A stretch of DNA of 64,000 nt, from IMG/VR virus record IMGVR_UViG_3300001041_000010, one strand, 5' to 3'. This document shows positions 1-9,157 of this stretch, piece after piece (within the stretch, counting starts at the first letter, position 1; every line of letters begins with the position of its first letter). The stretch comes from an uncultured virus (IMG/VR IMGVR_UViG_3300001041_000010) (lineage: Duplodnaviria; Heunggongvirae; Uroviricota; Caudoviricetes). The notes below the pieces were generated by a model, which made no database searches, was not told the DNA's origin, and saw only the letters and a program-made list of their open reading frames with translations. Position numbers and translations under genes: made by a program.

Positions 1-231
1 CTTGATTATAATAATGCTGGTAGAGTCATTGGCGTTAGAGGGCCCGAGGAAGATATCTATTTAGTTTACGATATCGCTGGCAATCTAGATCAAGCCGTTA
101 CGATTAAACTAGGGATCGCTTCGATTGAAACCTTAATCAGAACAGAAGGCAGATTGACCGGCATTGATAAGAGAATTAAAGATGCCGTTGAAGCTGAAGT
201 TCAAGAAATTATATCAAGATCAAGGAGCTGA
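1..231 (+). CDS. 3' end of a CDS entering the window (probable virion protein)
   Basis: Frame 1 open from base 1 (LDYNNAGRVIGVRG...IISRSRS) to TGA at 229-231. Confidence 0.7.
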   Translation, partial: LDYNNAGRVIGVRGPEEDIYLVYDIAGNLDQAVTIKLGIASIETLIRTEGRLTGIDKRIKDAVEAEVQEIISRSRS

Positions 232-236
232 TCATA

Positions 237-893
237 ATGAGTGTCGTTTCACAAAAGGAAGATGGAACCTTTGTTAAGGAACCTTCCCCACTAGAGAAGA
301 GTCTTTATCAACAGCTCATGAGTAATCAAAACGCTGTTAAGTTTGCCGAACTTGATGAACAAATTGCTAATTTAGTTATCGGTATTCGAGAGGTCATGTT
401 TGCCGTTGATAACTTAGTTAAGCCGTTTGATCTAGGTAATATTGATGCCATTCGATTAAACGGTCACCCATCAAGTGACTACGTCCTTGTTGAAGATCTT
501 GGTAGTTTATCAAATAAGGCTGTATCGCTAATGCCTATTAACGATGGAGATTATAGCGGTGAATTATCTAAGGAATATGTTTCAATCGATACCGATATAG
601 GAAGCTTACTTTATTTAACCATTGAGGGATACGCCTTATCTAAGGCCTCAGATATTACGTATCTACCTTGTGTAGCTATAGCTACAGAAACCGCCGCTGC
701 AGGTGACAGGGTTATCTTGAAGAAAGGATATCTTAAAAACATTGCTTGGAATTTTACTAAGGGCGCATTACTCTACGTAAGTCCTACTGTCGCAGGGTCT
801 ATAACGTCTATAAAACCGACCACAGGGCCCGTACAAATCATTGGCTATGCCGTTGATTCTAAGATCATCTACTTTAACCCACAATACAACTAG
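237..893 (+). CDS. Virion structural protein, C-terminal capsid-cement/head-fibre-like beta domain
   Basis: C-terminal AIATETAAAGD..GYL..W.FTKG.LLYVS...G.IT...P..G.VQIIGYA pattern; structural context. Confidence 0.5.
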   Translation: MSVVSQKEDGTFVKEPSPLEKSLYQQLMSNQNAVKFAELDEQIANLVIGIREVMFAVDNLVKPFDLGNIDAIRLNGHPSSDYVLVEDLGSLSNKAVSLMPINDGDYSGELSKEYVSIDTDIGSLLYLTIEGYALSKASDITYLPCVAIATETAAAGDRVILKKGYLKNIAWNFTKGALLYVSPTVAGSITSIKPTTGPVQIIGYAVDSKIIYFNPQYN

Positions 894-932
894 TAAATCT
901 AGTTAAAGCATATAACTTTAGGAGGTTTTCTA

Positions 933-3900
933 ATGAGTTCAACTATGTATGAAACCGCCATGACAACGAACGGGAATTCTTCGAGTGGTAATAACGTGCC
1001 ATTCGGAATCATTCAACCCGTTACGGTAACATGGACTCGCACAAATCAATATAAAATCTATGGATTAAGAATCATGCGTCAGAATAGCGGAACCGGCGAG
1101 ACAACGGTAGCAAGCTATGGATTAGTTACCGGTACAGCATCAAGTCATACGTTTCCATATATCTCTTCAATGAGTCTTGAAGCCTATAAGGGCTATACGT
1201 ATTACTGGCAAGTTCGAGTTGGAGAGAGTATGAGTAGTTTTGGAGATTGGAGCGTACCAGTTTATTTTACAGTTCCCACGGCTCCACCTAAGCCCGATCT
1301 ACTTAATTACAATGGACTGACTAGTGCAACGCCTGAAATAGGCTACACTCAAGGTCTCACATTTTCTTGGAACTATAATGAATACGACGGTTATGAACAG
1401 GCGGCCTTTAGACTCTTAGTTGCCGGACAATGGACTCCATGGATTCTTAGTTCAAATACTAGCTATACACATAGTGGTGTTGGTATATCGACGAATACTG
1501 TTCATTCATGGCAGGTTATGGTGCGGGATACTATTGGTCTAGAAAGTCTAATCTCTAAACAAGGTTATTTTAAGGTCATTACGTCTGTCATCAGTAATCC
1601 TACAAGCTATAATGGAACATCATTAATTCCAGACCCCTGTGATACATTGACTCCAACGTTAACTTGGGACTGTATTGATCCGTCAGATACCGGTAAGACA
1701 CAAGGCTTTTTCAAGGTTGAGATGTTCTCTGGTAGCTATGGAAGTATAATTTATACTCAGACCTCTGGCTGGATTAATAGTTCTATCAATAGCTATATGA
1801 TTGATGAGACGTTCCCTATTAAACTACTTGGAGGCGTTAAATACACTTGGCGTATTACATTGAAGACTCCAGGCGGCAGTCAAGGTCCTACGAGCCCATG
1901 GGTTAGCTTTAAAACGAGCGATGCCTTAGTTAATCATCCGCCGAGTGCCACGTTAGTAAATTACAATGGATCTTCTCCTTCTAGTCCTGTACTTGCTCAA
2001 GATACAACGCCGATTCTAACCTGGGATTATACTGATCCAGATAATGATCCACAAGGTTCTTATTCTGTCCGTGTCTACAATGCTTCAGGCGTATTAATTT
2101 CCTCACAGGGATGGACAGGAAGTTCTAATGATTACTTTAAGGTTCCTGATTCTCTATTAAATACAGGGACTATATATCATTGGAATGTCCAAGTTAAAGA
2201 TAGTCGTGGCCTTACGAGTCAAGTATCTCCTATGGGATATTTTAAAACACCGGGCGTTCCTGTTACCTTTGTTGTAACGCCGAATAACTTAAATGGATCT
2301 GTCGGTAGTCCTGCAGCCTGTAATACCTTATTGGCTCCAATATTCAAATGGACTTTTACTGGAGCAACATCTCAAACAGCCTTTAGAGTAATAATCTATA
2401 ATGATCAGGGAGCTGTAGTTAGAGATACTAAGTTAATAAGTTCTTCAGCGGCGACCTATACGGCTACGAATTTAAAACTTGATCCACTAACAGTCTATTC
2501 CTGGACAGTACAGCTTAAGGATCCAAAATCAAATATGAGCTTAACAAGTTTCCCAGTTTACTTTAAGACCATTGATCGACCCCATACTAAACCAACTGTA
2601 AGTCCTACGAGCTTCTTGGGAACCTTAGCATCACCTAAGGATTGCACGACGTTAAATCCTACGTTTACTTGGACTTACAAAGATACTGACAATGATCCAC
2701 AGTCTGGTTTTAAGGTCTTAATTTATAAGGTTGGTAATACAACGCCTGTTAGTGCGTCGACTGATGCTATAGATTATGAACCAAGTACTCTTAAATACTA
2801 CACACCTAAGGCCTCTTCTTTAGAGTACAACACATTGTACTACTGGACGGTTCAAGTTAAAGATAATCAAGATGATGAGAGTCTCGTAAGTTCTCAAAAC
2901 TATTTCAAGACTCTACCTTCAATCGTTAACCATGTGCCGGTAATTATCTTGTCAAATTATAATGGTGATGAGTCTGAAGTATCAAGTTGTGACAATACGA
3001 TTCCCAGCTTAGCTTGGGAATATGAAGATCCCGACAATGATGTACAGTACAACTATAAAGTAGATATCTTCAGTAGTAGTAATACCCTTGTTCATACGAG
3101 CGGCACAGTTACTAGTTCGGCTCTTCGTTATGTTGTTCCTTTCGGTAAACTAGCACCAAGCACTACGTATCATTGGACTGTAACAGTAAGTGATAAGCGC
3201 GGCGCTAAAGGCTCACCGGTTCGCAGTGGCTATTTCAAAACCGGAACACCTCCTCCTAACGCAGCTCCTGTCGTTGTTCCTACGAGTTACAAAGGAACGA
3301 AGCTTGAGCCGGCAACTAGTACAACCCTGAAGCCGGTCTTAACTTGGGAATATACTGACGCAGACAATGATGTACAGGGTGCTTATCATGTTCAAGTCTT
3401 TACAGCTTCAGGGACACGAATTAAAGATTCTGGATGGATTACTAGTTCTGCTAAAACCTATACGGTGCCCAATGGAATTGTTGCTGGAACCGTCTATTAC
3501 TGGATCCTTCAAGTTAAGGATAAAAACAGTAGTGGAGAAGTCAGTATCATGACAGATCCTTGTTATTTTAAGTATAGTAATGAAGCTGCTAATACTCCTC
3601 CTGTCGTAACGCCAACAAGCTATACTGGTACCTCGGCAGCTCCTTCTGTGTCTAGTACTCTATTACCAACCTTGACATGGAGTTATAGCGATAAGGAAAA
3701 GAATCCACAGAAAACCTATACGGTTGTTATTAGGAATTCAGATGGTGTTGAGGTAATCAATACGGGAGCTATCACAAGTCAGAATCGTTACTATTCTGTT
3801 CCAAGTGCTAGTCGTCTACTTGAAGGTACGAATTATAACTGGAAAGTATCTGTAACGGATTCCACCGGGGCGGCGGCTGATGGTAGAGTATGTTATTTCA

Positions 3901-6900
3901 AAACCACGGGTACTAGTACAGTAGCTTCTCCTGATAAACCTGGACTAACTAGTTGTTATGGTACACTTTCTAATCCTACAGAAACAACTACGAAACCCAC
4001 GTTAACATGGACATATCATCATTCAAAGAATGTTCCACAAGGCTCTTACAAGCTGACGGTTTGCGCTGCTACGACAAATGCTACGGTCATTGATATTCCG
4101 TGGACATCCGGTGCCGCAACATCATATGATGTTACCTCTACAGTATTGAGTGAAGATGTAATGTACTACTGGAAGATTCAAGTCAAAGATACAAGTGGGC
4201 GTATGAGTCCTATAAGTTCTAATGGATATTTTAAGCCTACCTCAACTGAGATAAACAACCCTCCGACTGTTGTACTTTCAAGTTTCTGCGGAGAAACCAA
4301 AGAAGATCCTGATGCCTGTACGACTTTAACACCTGTACTATCCTGGGCCTATACGGATGCCGATAACGATATACAAAAATCCTTTAACGTAGGCATCATT
4401 GATGTTGAGACAGATGCCGTAGTGTATGATACTGGCATTGCGAATAGCCTATCTAAGAATACGGTCGTACCGGCAAACAAACTCACCAGTGGAAGAGTAT
4501 ACTCCTGGTATGTTACGGTATTTGATTCTAAGGGTAATAGCGGAGTAAGTTCAAAAGGATACTTTAAACCTATTTTTAATAGAGTACCTGTTGTCGTTAC
4601 GGCAAATTACAATGGACCTATTAACGCTCCTGTTATTTCTCCATCATATACTCCACTCTTCATTTGGAAGTACTCTGATCTTGATCGAGATATTCAAGTG
4701 TCGTACGTCGTTGATGTCTATAGTACGGCTGGAGTCTTGGTTTCGACGAGTGGCGCAATAGAGGATGAGCGGTATTATCATCTATTGACAACACCCTTGG
4801 CTGGAAATACAAGTTACTACTGGAAAGTTACCGTAACGGATTCTCAAGGAGGAGAAAGTGTTACGACTGCTCCTAGCTACTTTAAGACAACCGGTACTAA
4901 CAATAGTTTCCCAGTGGCTATTCCTAATAACTACAATGGCGATGTCACAAGTCCTAAGGAATGTCTCACCTTAACTCCTGCATTGACCTGGGATTATATC
5001 GATGCCGGTAAGAATCCACAAACATCGTATCTGGCTCAGATCTATGATTCTACCGGAACCATTGTATATAGTTCAAATTGGAAAACCAGTTCAGAGCAAT
5101 TCTGTATCACGAACGTTCCATTAACTGTAGGTACGCTTTACTATTGGGATATCTCAGTTAAGAATAGCAACAACATTCAGAGCCCTGTAGGTATCAAGGC
5201 TTACTTTAAACCAGTAGCTAGTACAAACAAAGCTCCTGATAAGCCAATCTTAACAAGCTATAATGGAACCGTGTCAACAGCCGTAATTTGCAACACATTG
5301 ATTCCTAAATTAAACTGGAGCTATTATGATCAAAACAATGATCCCGAGGGAGACTCCTTAGTTACGGTTTATGATTCAATCACGGGAGACTTAGTTTACT
5401 CTTCGAACTGGGTAAGTGGCGGTATCAAGGAGATCACGGTGCCCTCTGGAAAGATCCCTAATGCTAACAATACCTATAAATGGTGCGTTATCGTTAAGGA
5501 TAATAAAGGCCTAATAAGCCCTATGAGTAATTACGGTTACTTCTTCACAAGGGCAGCAACCAATACCTTACCTATTGTTACTCCGGCTAGTTATGCTGGC
5601 ACATTTGCTTCACCCTATTCTGCATCAACTCTAACACCGTCGTTGACCTGGACTTACTATCAAGCACAAAATAGTGATCAAGCGATGTTTAACATCATCG
5701 TATCAGACAATAGTAACACCATAGTCTGGGATTCGAATTGGGTTGTTGGTAGCGATGTAATGATTCAAGTGCCAGAGTCTAAGTTACTCGTGTCAGTCGT
5801 CTATCACTGGGTGATTCAGGTTAAAGATACGAACGGTAATCTAAGCAAAGTATCTGACCCGGTCTATTTCAAAACGGTTCTTGGTACGTCTCCCGTGGCA
5901 AGCCCAACTAATTTCAATGGAATTATCACAAACCCTGCTGCTTGCGATACCACATCTCCAAATTTGACATGGTCTTATTATCAAGCTCAGTCGAATCTAC
6001 AGGCGTCCTACTGCGTTTCCGTATACAATAGCAGTTTAGGGGTCGAGTATACTTCCGGCTGGACTGACGGCACTGCAACAACCGTTGTCGCTGGACCACT
6101 GGATTCGAATGAAACCTATCATTGGACCATCCAAGTCAAGGATACCACGGGTAACATGAGCGTTATTGATAAGCATGGTTATTTCAAGACACCCGAGAAC
6201 ACCAATAATCCTATCGTAACTTTAGAAAGCGATAATGGATCATTAGCTACTCCGTTTATTGATCAAAAATCCATTCCTAATTTCATGTTCCGTTATGTTC
6301 ATCCCTTAGCAAAGGATGCTAAGAAAAGCGTAATAACAATTTATGACGCTAGTAATACGGTTGTCTTCACTCGGACCGATACGGATACAATATATAGTCC
6401 ATGTGGAATCAGCTCCGGAATTGCCTTTACGCTAACTAAAGACGTCGTCTATCATTGGACAGTTGAAGTAACGGATGTAGACGATAACGTTGGAACCAGT
6501 AAGGCGGGCTACTTTAAACTAGCTCAAGGCAATCCAATTAGGGTTGCTGCTAAGTCTTACAATGGAACACAAGCTGCTCCTGCAGGATGTACGGGTTGTG
6601 TTTTATTTCCACCTGCTCTAACCTGGAGTTATATTGATCCCGTTAATAAGCCACAAGCTGCTTATAACGTCACGCTTTATAACGATCTTGGTGTTGTTAT
6701 CTATAATTCTGATTGGGTAACAAGCGCTTCTAAGTCTCGTACTATACCAAGTGGTAAACTAGTAGCCGGAACTACCTATCATTGGACGGTTCAAGTTAAG
6801 AACACTCTAGGTACGCTAAGTCCAAATAGTGATTTTGCTTACTTCCGAACAGAAGGTGGCACGGTTGTCTCGAATGCTTCGGTAACACTCATGACTTGTA

Positions 6901-7322
6901 ATGGAACTCTAACTACCCCAATTGTTACTATTCCAGACGATACGGACGTTACTATTGGCTGGAAGTATAATTGCAATACAGCCGTCAATGTCGCTAGTAC
7001 GACTTTAATAATCTATGATCCTAGTGACACGGTTGTTTGGACTAAAGATGTTGTGGCCTCAATGATTCCCGGTGATAGCGCAGTAGAACCTGCTGCAGTA
7101 TCTTTCTTTACTGAAGATGTTGTCTATCATCTTACGGCCGAAGTAACGGACGTCAATGGTAAGAAGACTATCTCTACTCCGGGTTATTTTACGGTTGAAC
7201 CCGCTGTTGTTGTTGAACCGACGATCACCTTATTAAGTCCTCTCGGAACCTTGTCTAGTCCATTATCAGTTGCCAATCCTGTAGATCATGTAGTTCATTT
7301 CACCTATCGTTATAATGATTAA
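933..7322 (+). CDS. Giant (2129 aa) Ig/FN3-like repeat virion protein (fibre/adhesin): 19 repeats of about 110 aa plus a truncated 20th
   Basis: Repeat YNG..P..C.TL.P.L.W.Y.D...Q..Y.V.IY...SGW..S...Y.W.VQVKD..G..S....YFK, resembling GH78 N-terminal Ig/FN3 modules; RBS aggagg. Confidence 0.8.
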   Translation: MSSTMYETAMTTNGNSSSGNNVPFGIIQPVTVTWTRTNQYKIYGLRIMRQNSGTGETTVASYGLVTGTASSHTFPYISSMSLEAYKGYTYYWQVRVGESMSSFGDWSVPVYFTVPTAPPKPDLLNYNGLTSATPEIGYTQGLTFSWNYNEYDGYEQAAFRLLVAGQWTPWILSSNTSYTHSGVGISTNTVHSWQVMVRDTIGLESLISKQGYFKVITSVISNPTSYNGTSLIPDPCDTLTPTLTWDCIDPSDTGKTQGFFKVEMFSGSYGSIIYTQTSGWINSSINSYMIDETFPIKLLGGVKYTWRITLKTPGGSQGPTSPWVSFKTSDALVNHPPSATLVNYNGSSPSSPVLAQDTTPILTWDYTDPDNDPQGSYSVRVYNASGVLISSQGWTGSSNDYFKVPDSLLNTGTIYHWNVQVKDSRGLTSQVSPMGYFKTPGVPVTFVVTPNNLNGSVGSPAACNTLLAPIFKWTFTGATSQTAFRVIIYNDQGAVVRDTKLISSSAATYTATNLKLDPLTVYSWTVQLKDPKSNMSLTSFPVYFKTIDRPHTKPTVSPTSFLGTLASPKDCTTLNPTFTWTYKDTDNDPQSGFKVLIYKVGNTTPVSASTDAIDYEPSTLKYYTPKASSLEYNTLYYWTVQVKDNQDDESLVSSQNYFKTLPSIVNHVPVIILSNYNGDESEVSSCDNTIPSLAWEYEDPDNDVQYNYKVDIFSSSNTLVHTSGTVTSSALRYVVPFGKLAPSTTYHWTVTVSDKRGAKGSPVRSGYFKTGTPPPNAAPVVVPTSYKGTKLEPATSTTLKPVLTWEYTDADNDVQGAYHVQVFTASGTRIKDSGWITSSAKTYTVPNGIVAGTVYYWILQVKDKNSSGEVSIMTDPCYFKYSNEAANTPPVVTPTSYTGTSAAPSVSSTLLPTLTWSYSDKEKNPQKTYTVVIRNSDGVEVINTGAITSQNRYYSVPSASRLLEGTNYNWKVSVTDSTGAAADGRVCYFKTTGTSTVASPDKPGLTSCYGTLSNPTETTTKPTLTWTYHHSKNVPQGSYKLTVCAATTNATVIDIPWTSGAATSYDVTSTVLSEDVMYYWKIQVKDTSGRMSPISSNGYFKPTSTEINNPPTVVLSSFCGETKEDPDACTTLTPVLSWAYTDADNDIQKSFNVGIIDVETDAVVYDTGIANSLSKNTVVPANKLTSGRVYSWYVTVFDSKGNSGVSSKGYFKPIFNRVPVVVTANYNGPINAPVISPSYTPLFIWKYSDLDRDIQVSYVVDVYSTAGVLVSTSGAIEDERYYHLLTTPLAGNTSYYWKVTVTDSQGGESVTTAPSYFKTTGTNNSFPVAIPNNYNGDVTSPKECLTLTPALTWDYIDAGKNPQTSYLAQIYDSTGTIVYSSNWKTSSEQFCITNVPLTVGTLYYWDISVKNSNNIQSPVGIKAYFKPVASTNKAPDKPILTSYNGTVSTAVICNTLIPKLNWSYYDQNNDPEGDSLVTVYDSITGDLVYSSNWVSGGIKEITVPSGKIPNANNTYKWCVIVKDNKGLISPMSNYGYFFTRAATNTLPIVTPASYAGTFASPYSASTLTPSLTWTYYQAQNSDQAMFNIIVSDNSNTIVWDSNWVVGSDVMIQVPESKLLVSVVYHWVIQVKDTNGNLSKVSDPVYFKTVLGTSPVASPTNFNGIITNPAACDTTSPNLTWSYYQAQSNLQASYCVSVYNSSLGVEYTSGWTDGTATTVVAGPLDSNETYHWTIQVKDTTGNMSVIDKHGYFKTPENTNNPIVTLESDNGSLATPFIDQKSIPNFMFRYVHPLAKDAKKSVITIYDASNTVVFTRTDTDTIYSPCGISSGIAFTLTKDVVYHWTVEVTDVDDNVGTSKAGYFKLAQGNPIRVAAKSYNGTQAAPAGCTGCVLFPPALTWSYIDPVNKPQAAYNVTLYNDLGVVIYNSDWVTSASKSRTIPSGKLVAGTTYHWTVQVKNTLGTLSPNSDFAYFRTEGGTVVSNASVTLMTCNGTLTTPIVTIPDDTDVTIGWKYNCNTAVNVASTTLIIYDPSDTVVWTKDVVASMIPGDSAVEPAAVSFFTEDVVYHLTAEVTDVNGKKTISTPGYFTVEPAVVVEPTITLLSPLGTLSSPLSVANPVDHVVHFTYRYND

Positions 7323-7337
7323 GGATCATTAATATTA

Positions 7338-7375
7338 TAGGACTAACTCGTGGGATATCCCACGAGTTAGTCCTA
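7338..7375. repeat. Perfect 38-bp palindrome with no loop, between the giant gene and the next gene
   Basis: taggactaactcgtgggat|atcccacgagttagtccta. Confidence 0.95.
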
Positions 7376-7392
7376 ATACTGGAGGTTATTAA

Positions 7393-7902
7393 ATGCCAAC
7401 AATGTTAAGTTCATTTATCAATATTTACGATAGTAATGATAGCCTAATTAAAACTATGGACTCAGTTGCCGGTACCTCTCGTGATTTTGATTTACTTGTT
7501 GACTGTAGCTTATTAATACTTGATGATACTTATTATTGGATTGCTACTGTTAATGATGGTAGTATCACAACTATCTCTGATAAGAGTTATTTTAAGATTG
7601 CTTCAAATTCACCACCGACTTGTACATTAACGTCTTACAATGGAACCATAGATAATCCAGCACCTATGACAACCTTAGATCCTATATTTACATTAGGCTA
7701 TAATGACCCTGATGGAGATACCGTGGATTCATGGGAAGCTTTTATTTATTCTATTGACGGAACACTTATTGAACACGTAACAGGTGGAACAATCGCGGGT
7801 CATTATCCAAATGGAGATTATTACTGGAATGGAAAAGTTAAAGACAGTCGAGGATTATGGGGTCCTTTGAGTGATAATGGTTACTTTAGAGTAACTGTAT
7901 AG
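7393..7902 (+). CDS. Ig/FN3-repeat protein: C-terminal half-repeat plus 1 full repeat
   Basis: Starts mid-repeat (SSFINIYDS...YYWIATVND...SYFK), then SYNGT...GYFRV; RBS ggagg at 7381. Confidence 0.8.
   Translation: MPTMLSSFINIYDSNDSLIKTMDSVAGTSRDFDLLVDCSLLILDDTYYWIATVNDGSITTISDKSYFKIASNSPPTCTLTSYNGTIDNPAPMTTLDPIFTLGYNDPDGDTVDSWEAFIYSIDGTLIEHVTGGTIAGHYPNGDYYWNGKVKDSRGLWGPLSDNGYFRVTV
7570..7602 (+). repeat. 33-bp direct repeat, copy 1 (copy 2 at 8100-8132, 1 mismatch)
   Basis: actatctc[t/a]gataagagttattttaagattgct, encoding TISDKSYFKIA in both genes. Confidence 0.9.
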
Positions 7903-7913
7903 GAGGCTATTGA

Positions 7914-9119
7914 ATGGCAACAACGATAAGTACCGGGATCAGTATCTTTAAAGTTTCGGACGATAGTGAAGTTTACACTACGATTCCTCTCGTAAATACT
8001 AATCGAGACTTTGACATTACTGTTTCGACTGATCAATTAATCGTAAGTACGGATTATTACTGGACAGCTTCTGTAACGGACACTGTAACTGGAGCTACGA
8101 CTATCTCAGATAAGAGTTATTTTAAGATTGCTCCTATCCCAGGAATCGTTCACTTAACAAACTTTATCGGCACCCAAGAATCGCCCGTCGTTAGTACGAC
8201 ATTAACTCCAACATTAACTTGGAGTTGTAATTACTCACCGATTGATTTAGAGGTTCAGATACGCTTTATAGACGGTGCCGATACCTTCGTCGTCTTCTAC
8301 AATTCACTTGATAAGGACTTAAGATCACTATCAATTGATACGGCTATACCAACAAATATAACGAATGAGACTTCAGGAACACATACAATACCCACGGGTC
8401 CTTTAGTTTTAAAGAATGGTCTGGACTATCGATGGATGGTATGGGGCCATTTCGATCCATCCGTTGCAAGCGTTGAGACGGGATACATCCATATCACCTT
8501 GCCAAATCTTAATCCAAATGTTAGTCTATTAACATTTAACGGAACACAAGGTACTCCGAACGAGTGTAAATATATTAGACCAGTACTATCTTGGCATTAT
8601 ACTGATCCGGAAAACAATCCACAATCCAGCTATATTGTTAATGTCTATGACTCAGATGGCGTTAATGTCTTCCAGACAAACTGGATTAATAGTAGTGCTA
8701 CAAGTGTAACTCTACCAGCCACCACGTTAAATGCTGATAGCCTTTACTATTGGAACGTTCAAGTTATGGACAGTTATAACAATACGAGTGACATTAGTTC
8801 GGATGGTTACTTTATGACCGGTTTACCTCCCACATTGACAAGCTGTAATGGCCTTACGAGCGACGATCCTAATATCGTCAATACGATCCATCCGGTATGG
8901 AGCTGGAGTTATGATGAAGTGTGTTCAGTATTCGATGTAGTCTTTAATGATCCAACAGGCGCTACCGGTAAAATTGAGCAACCGAATATCGATAACACGT
9001 ATACATGCAATGAAGACGGAATAGTATTTGGCACAGTTTATTACTGGTGGGTCTATCTTACTAACGATAGCGGCATGACAAGTTTTCCAAGTGTAAGAGG
9101 TTACTGGAAAGCAGTCTAA
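7914..9119 (+). CDS. Ig/FN3-repeat protein: C-terminal half-repeat plus 3 full repeats
   Basis: Starts mid-repeat (TGISIFKVS...YYWTASVTD...SYFK); RBS aggagg. Confidence 0.8.
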   Translation: MATTISTGISIFKVSDDSEVYTTIPLVNTNRDFDITVSTDQLIVSTDYYWTASVTDTVTGATTISDKSYFKIAPIPGIVHLTNFIGTQESPVVSTTLTPTLTWSCNYSPIDLEVQIRFIDGADTFVVFYNSLDKDLRSLSIDTAIPTNITNETSGTHTIPTGPLVLKNGLDYRWMVWGHFDPSVASVETGYIHITLPNLNPNVSLLTFNGTQGTPNECKYIRPVLSWHYTDPENNPQSSYIVNVYDSDGVNVFQTNWINSSATSVTLPATTLNADSLYYWNVQVMDSYNNTSDISSDGYFMTGLPPTLTSCNGLTSDDPNIVNTIHPVWSWSYDEVCSVFDVVFNDPTGATGKIEQPNIDNTYTCNEDGIVFGTVYYWWVYLTNDSGMTSFPSVRGYWKAV

Positions 9120-9157
9120 TTATCTATGAATAAGATTATTAGGAAAGAAGGATTACG

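Noticed and set aside
894..932. sigK/sigE promoter before the giant gene (CATATAAC)
   Set aside because: The -10 lacks the conserved terminal T at the right position and there is no convincing -35.
7310..7440. Ribosomal hop or readthrough (T4 gene 60-like) joining the giant ORF to 7393
   Set aside because: The ORFs are in different frames and an in-frame TAA lies just before ATG 7393. The first matching GAT landing codons would skip the needed strand, and 7393 has a strong RBS of its own.
933..9119. DGR or invertible shufflon acting on the repeat genes
   Set aside because: No reverse transcriptase, invertase, adenine-only mismatched repeat pair or inverted cassettes seen in the window.
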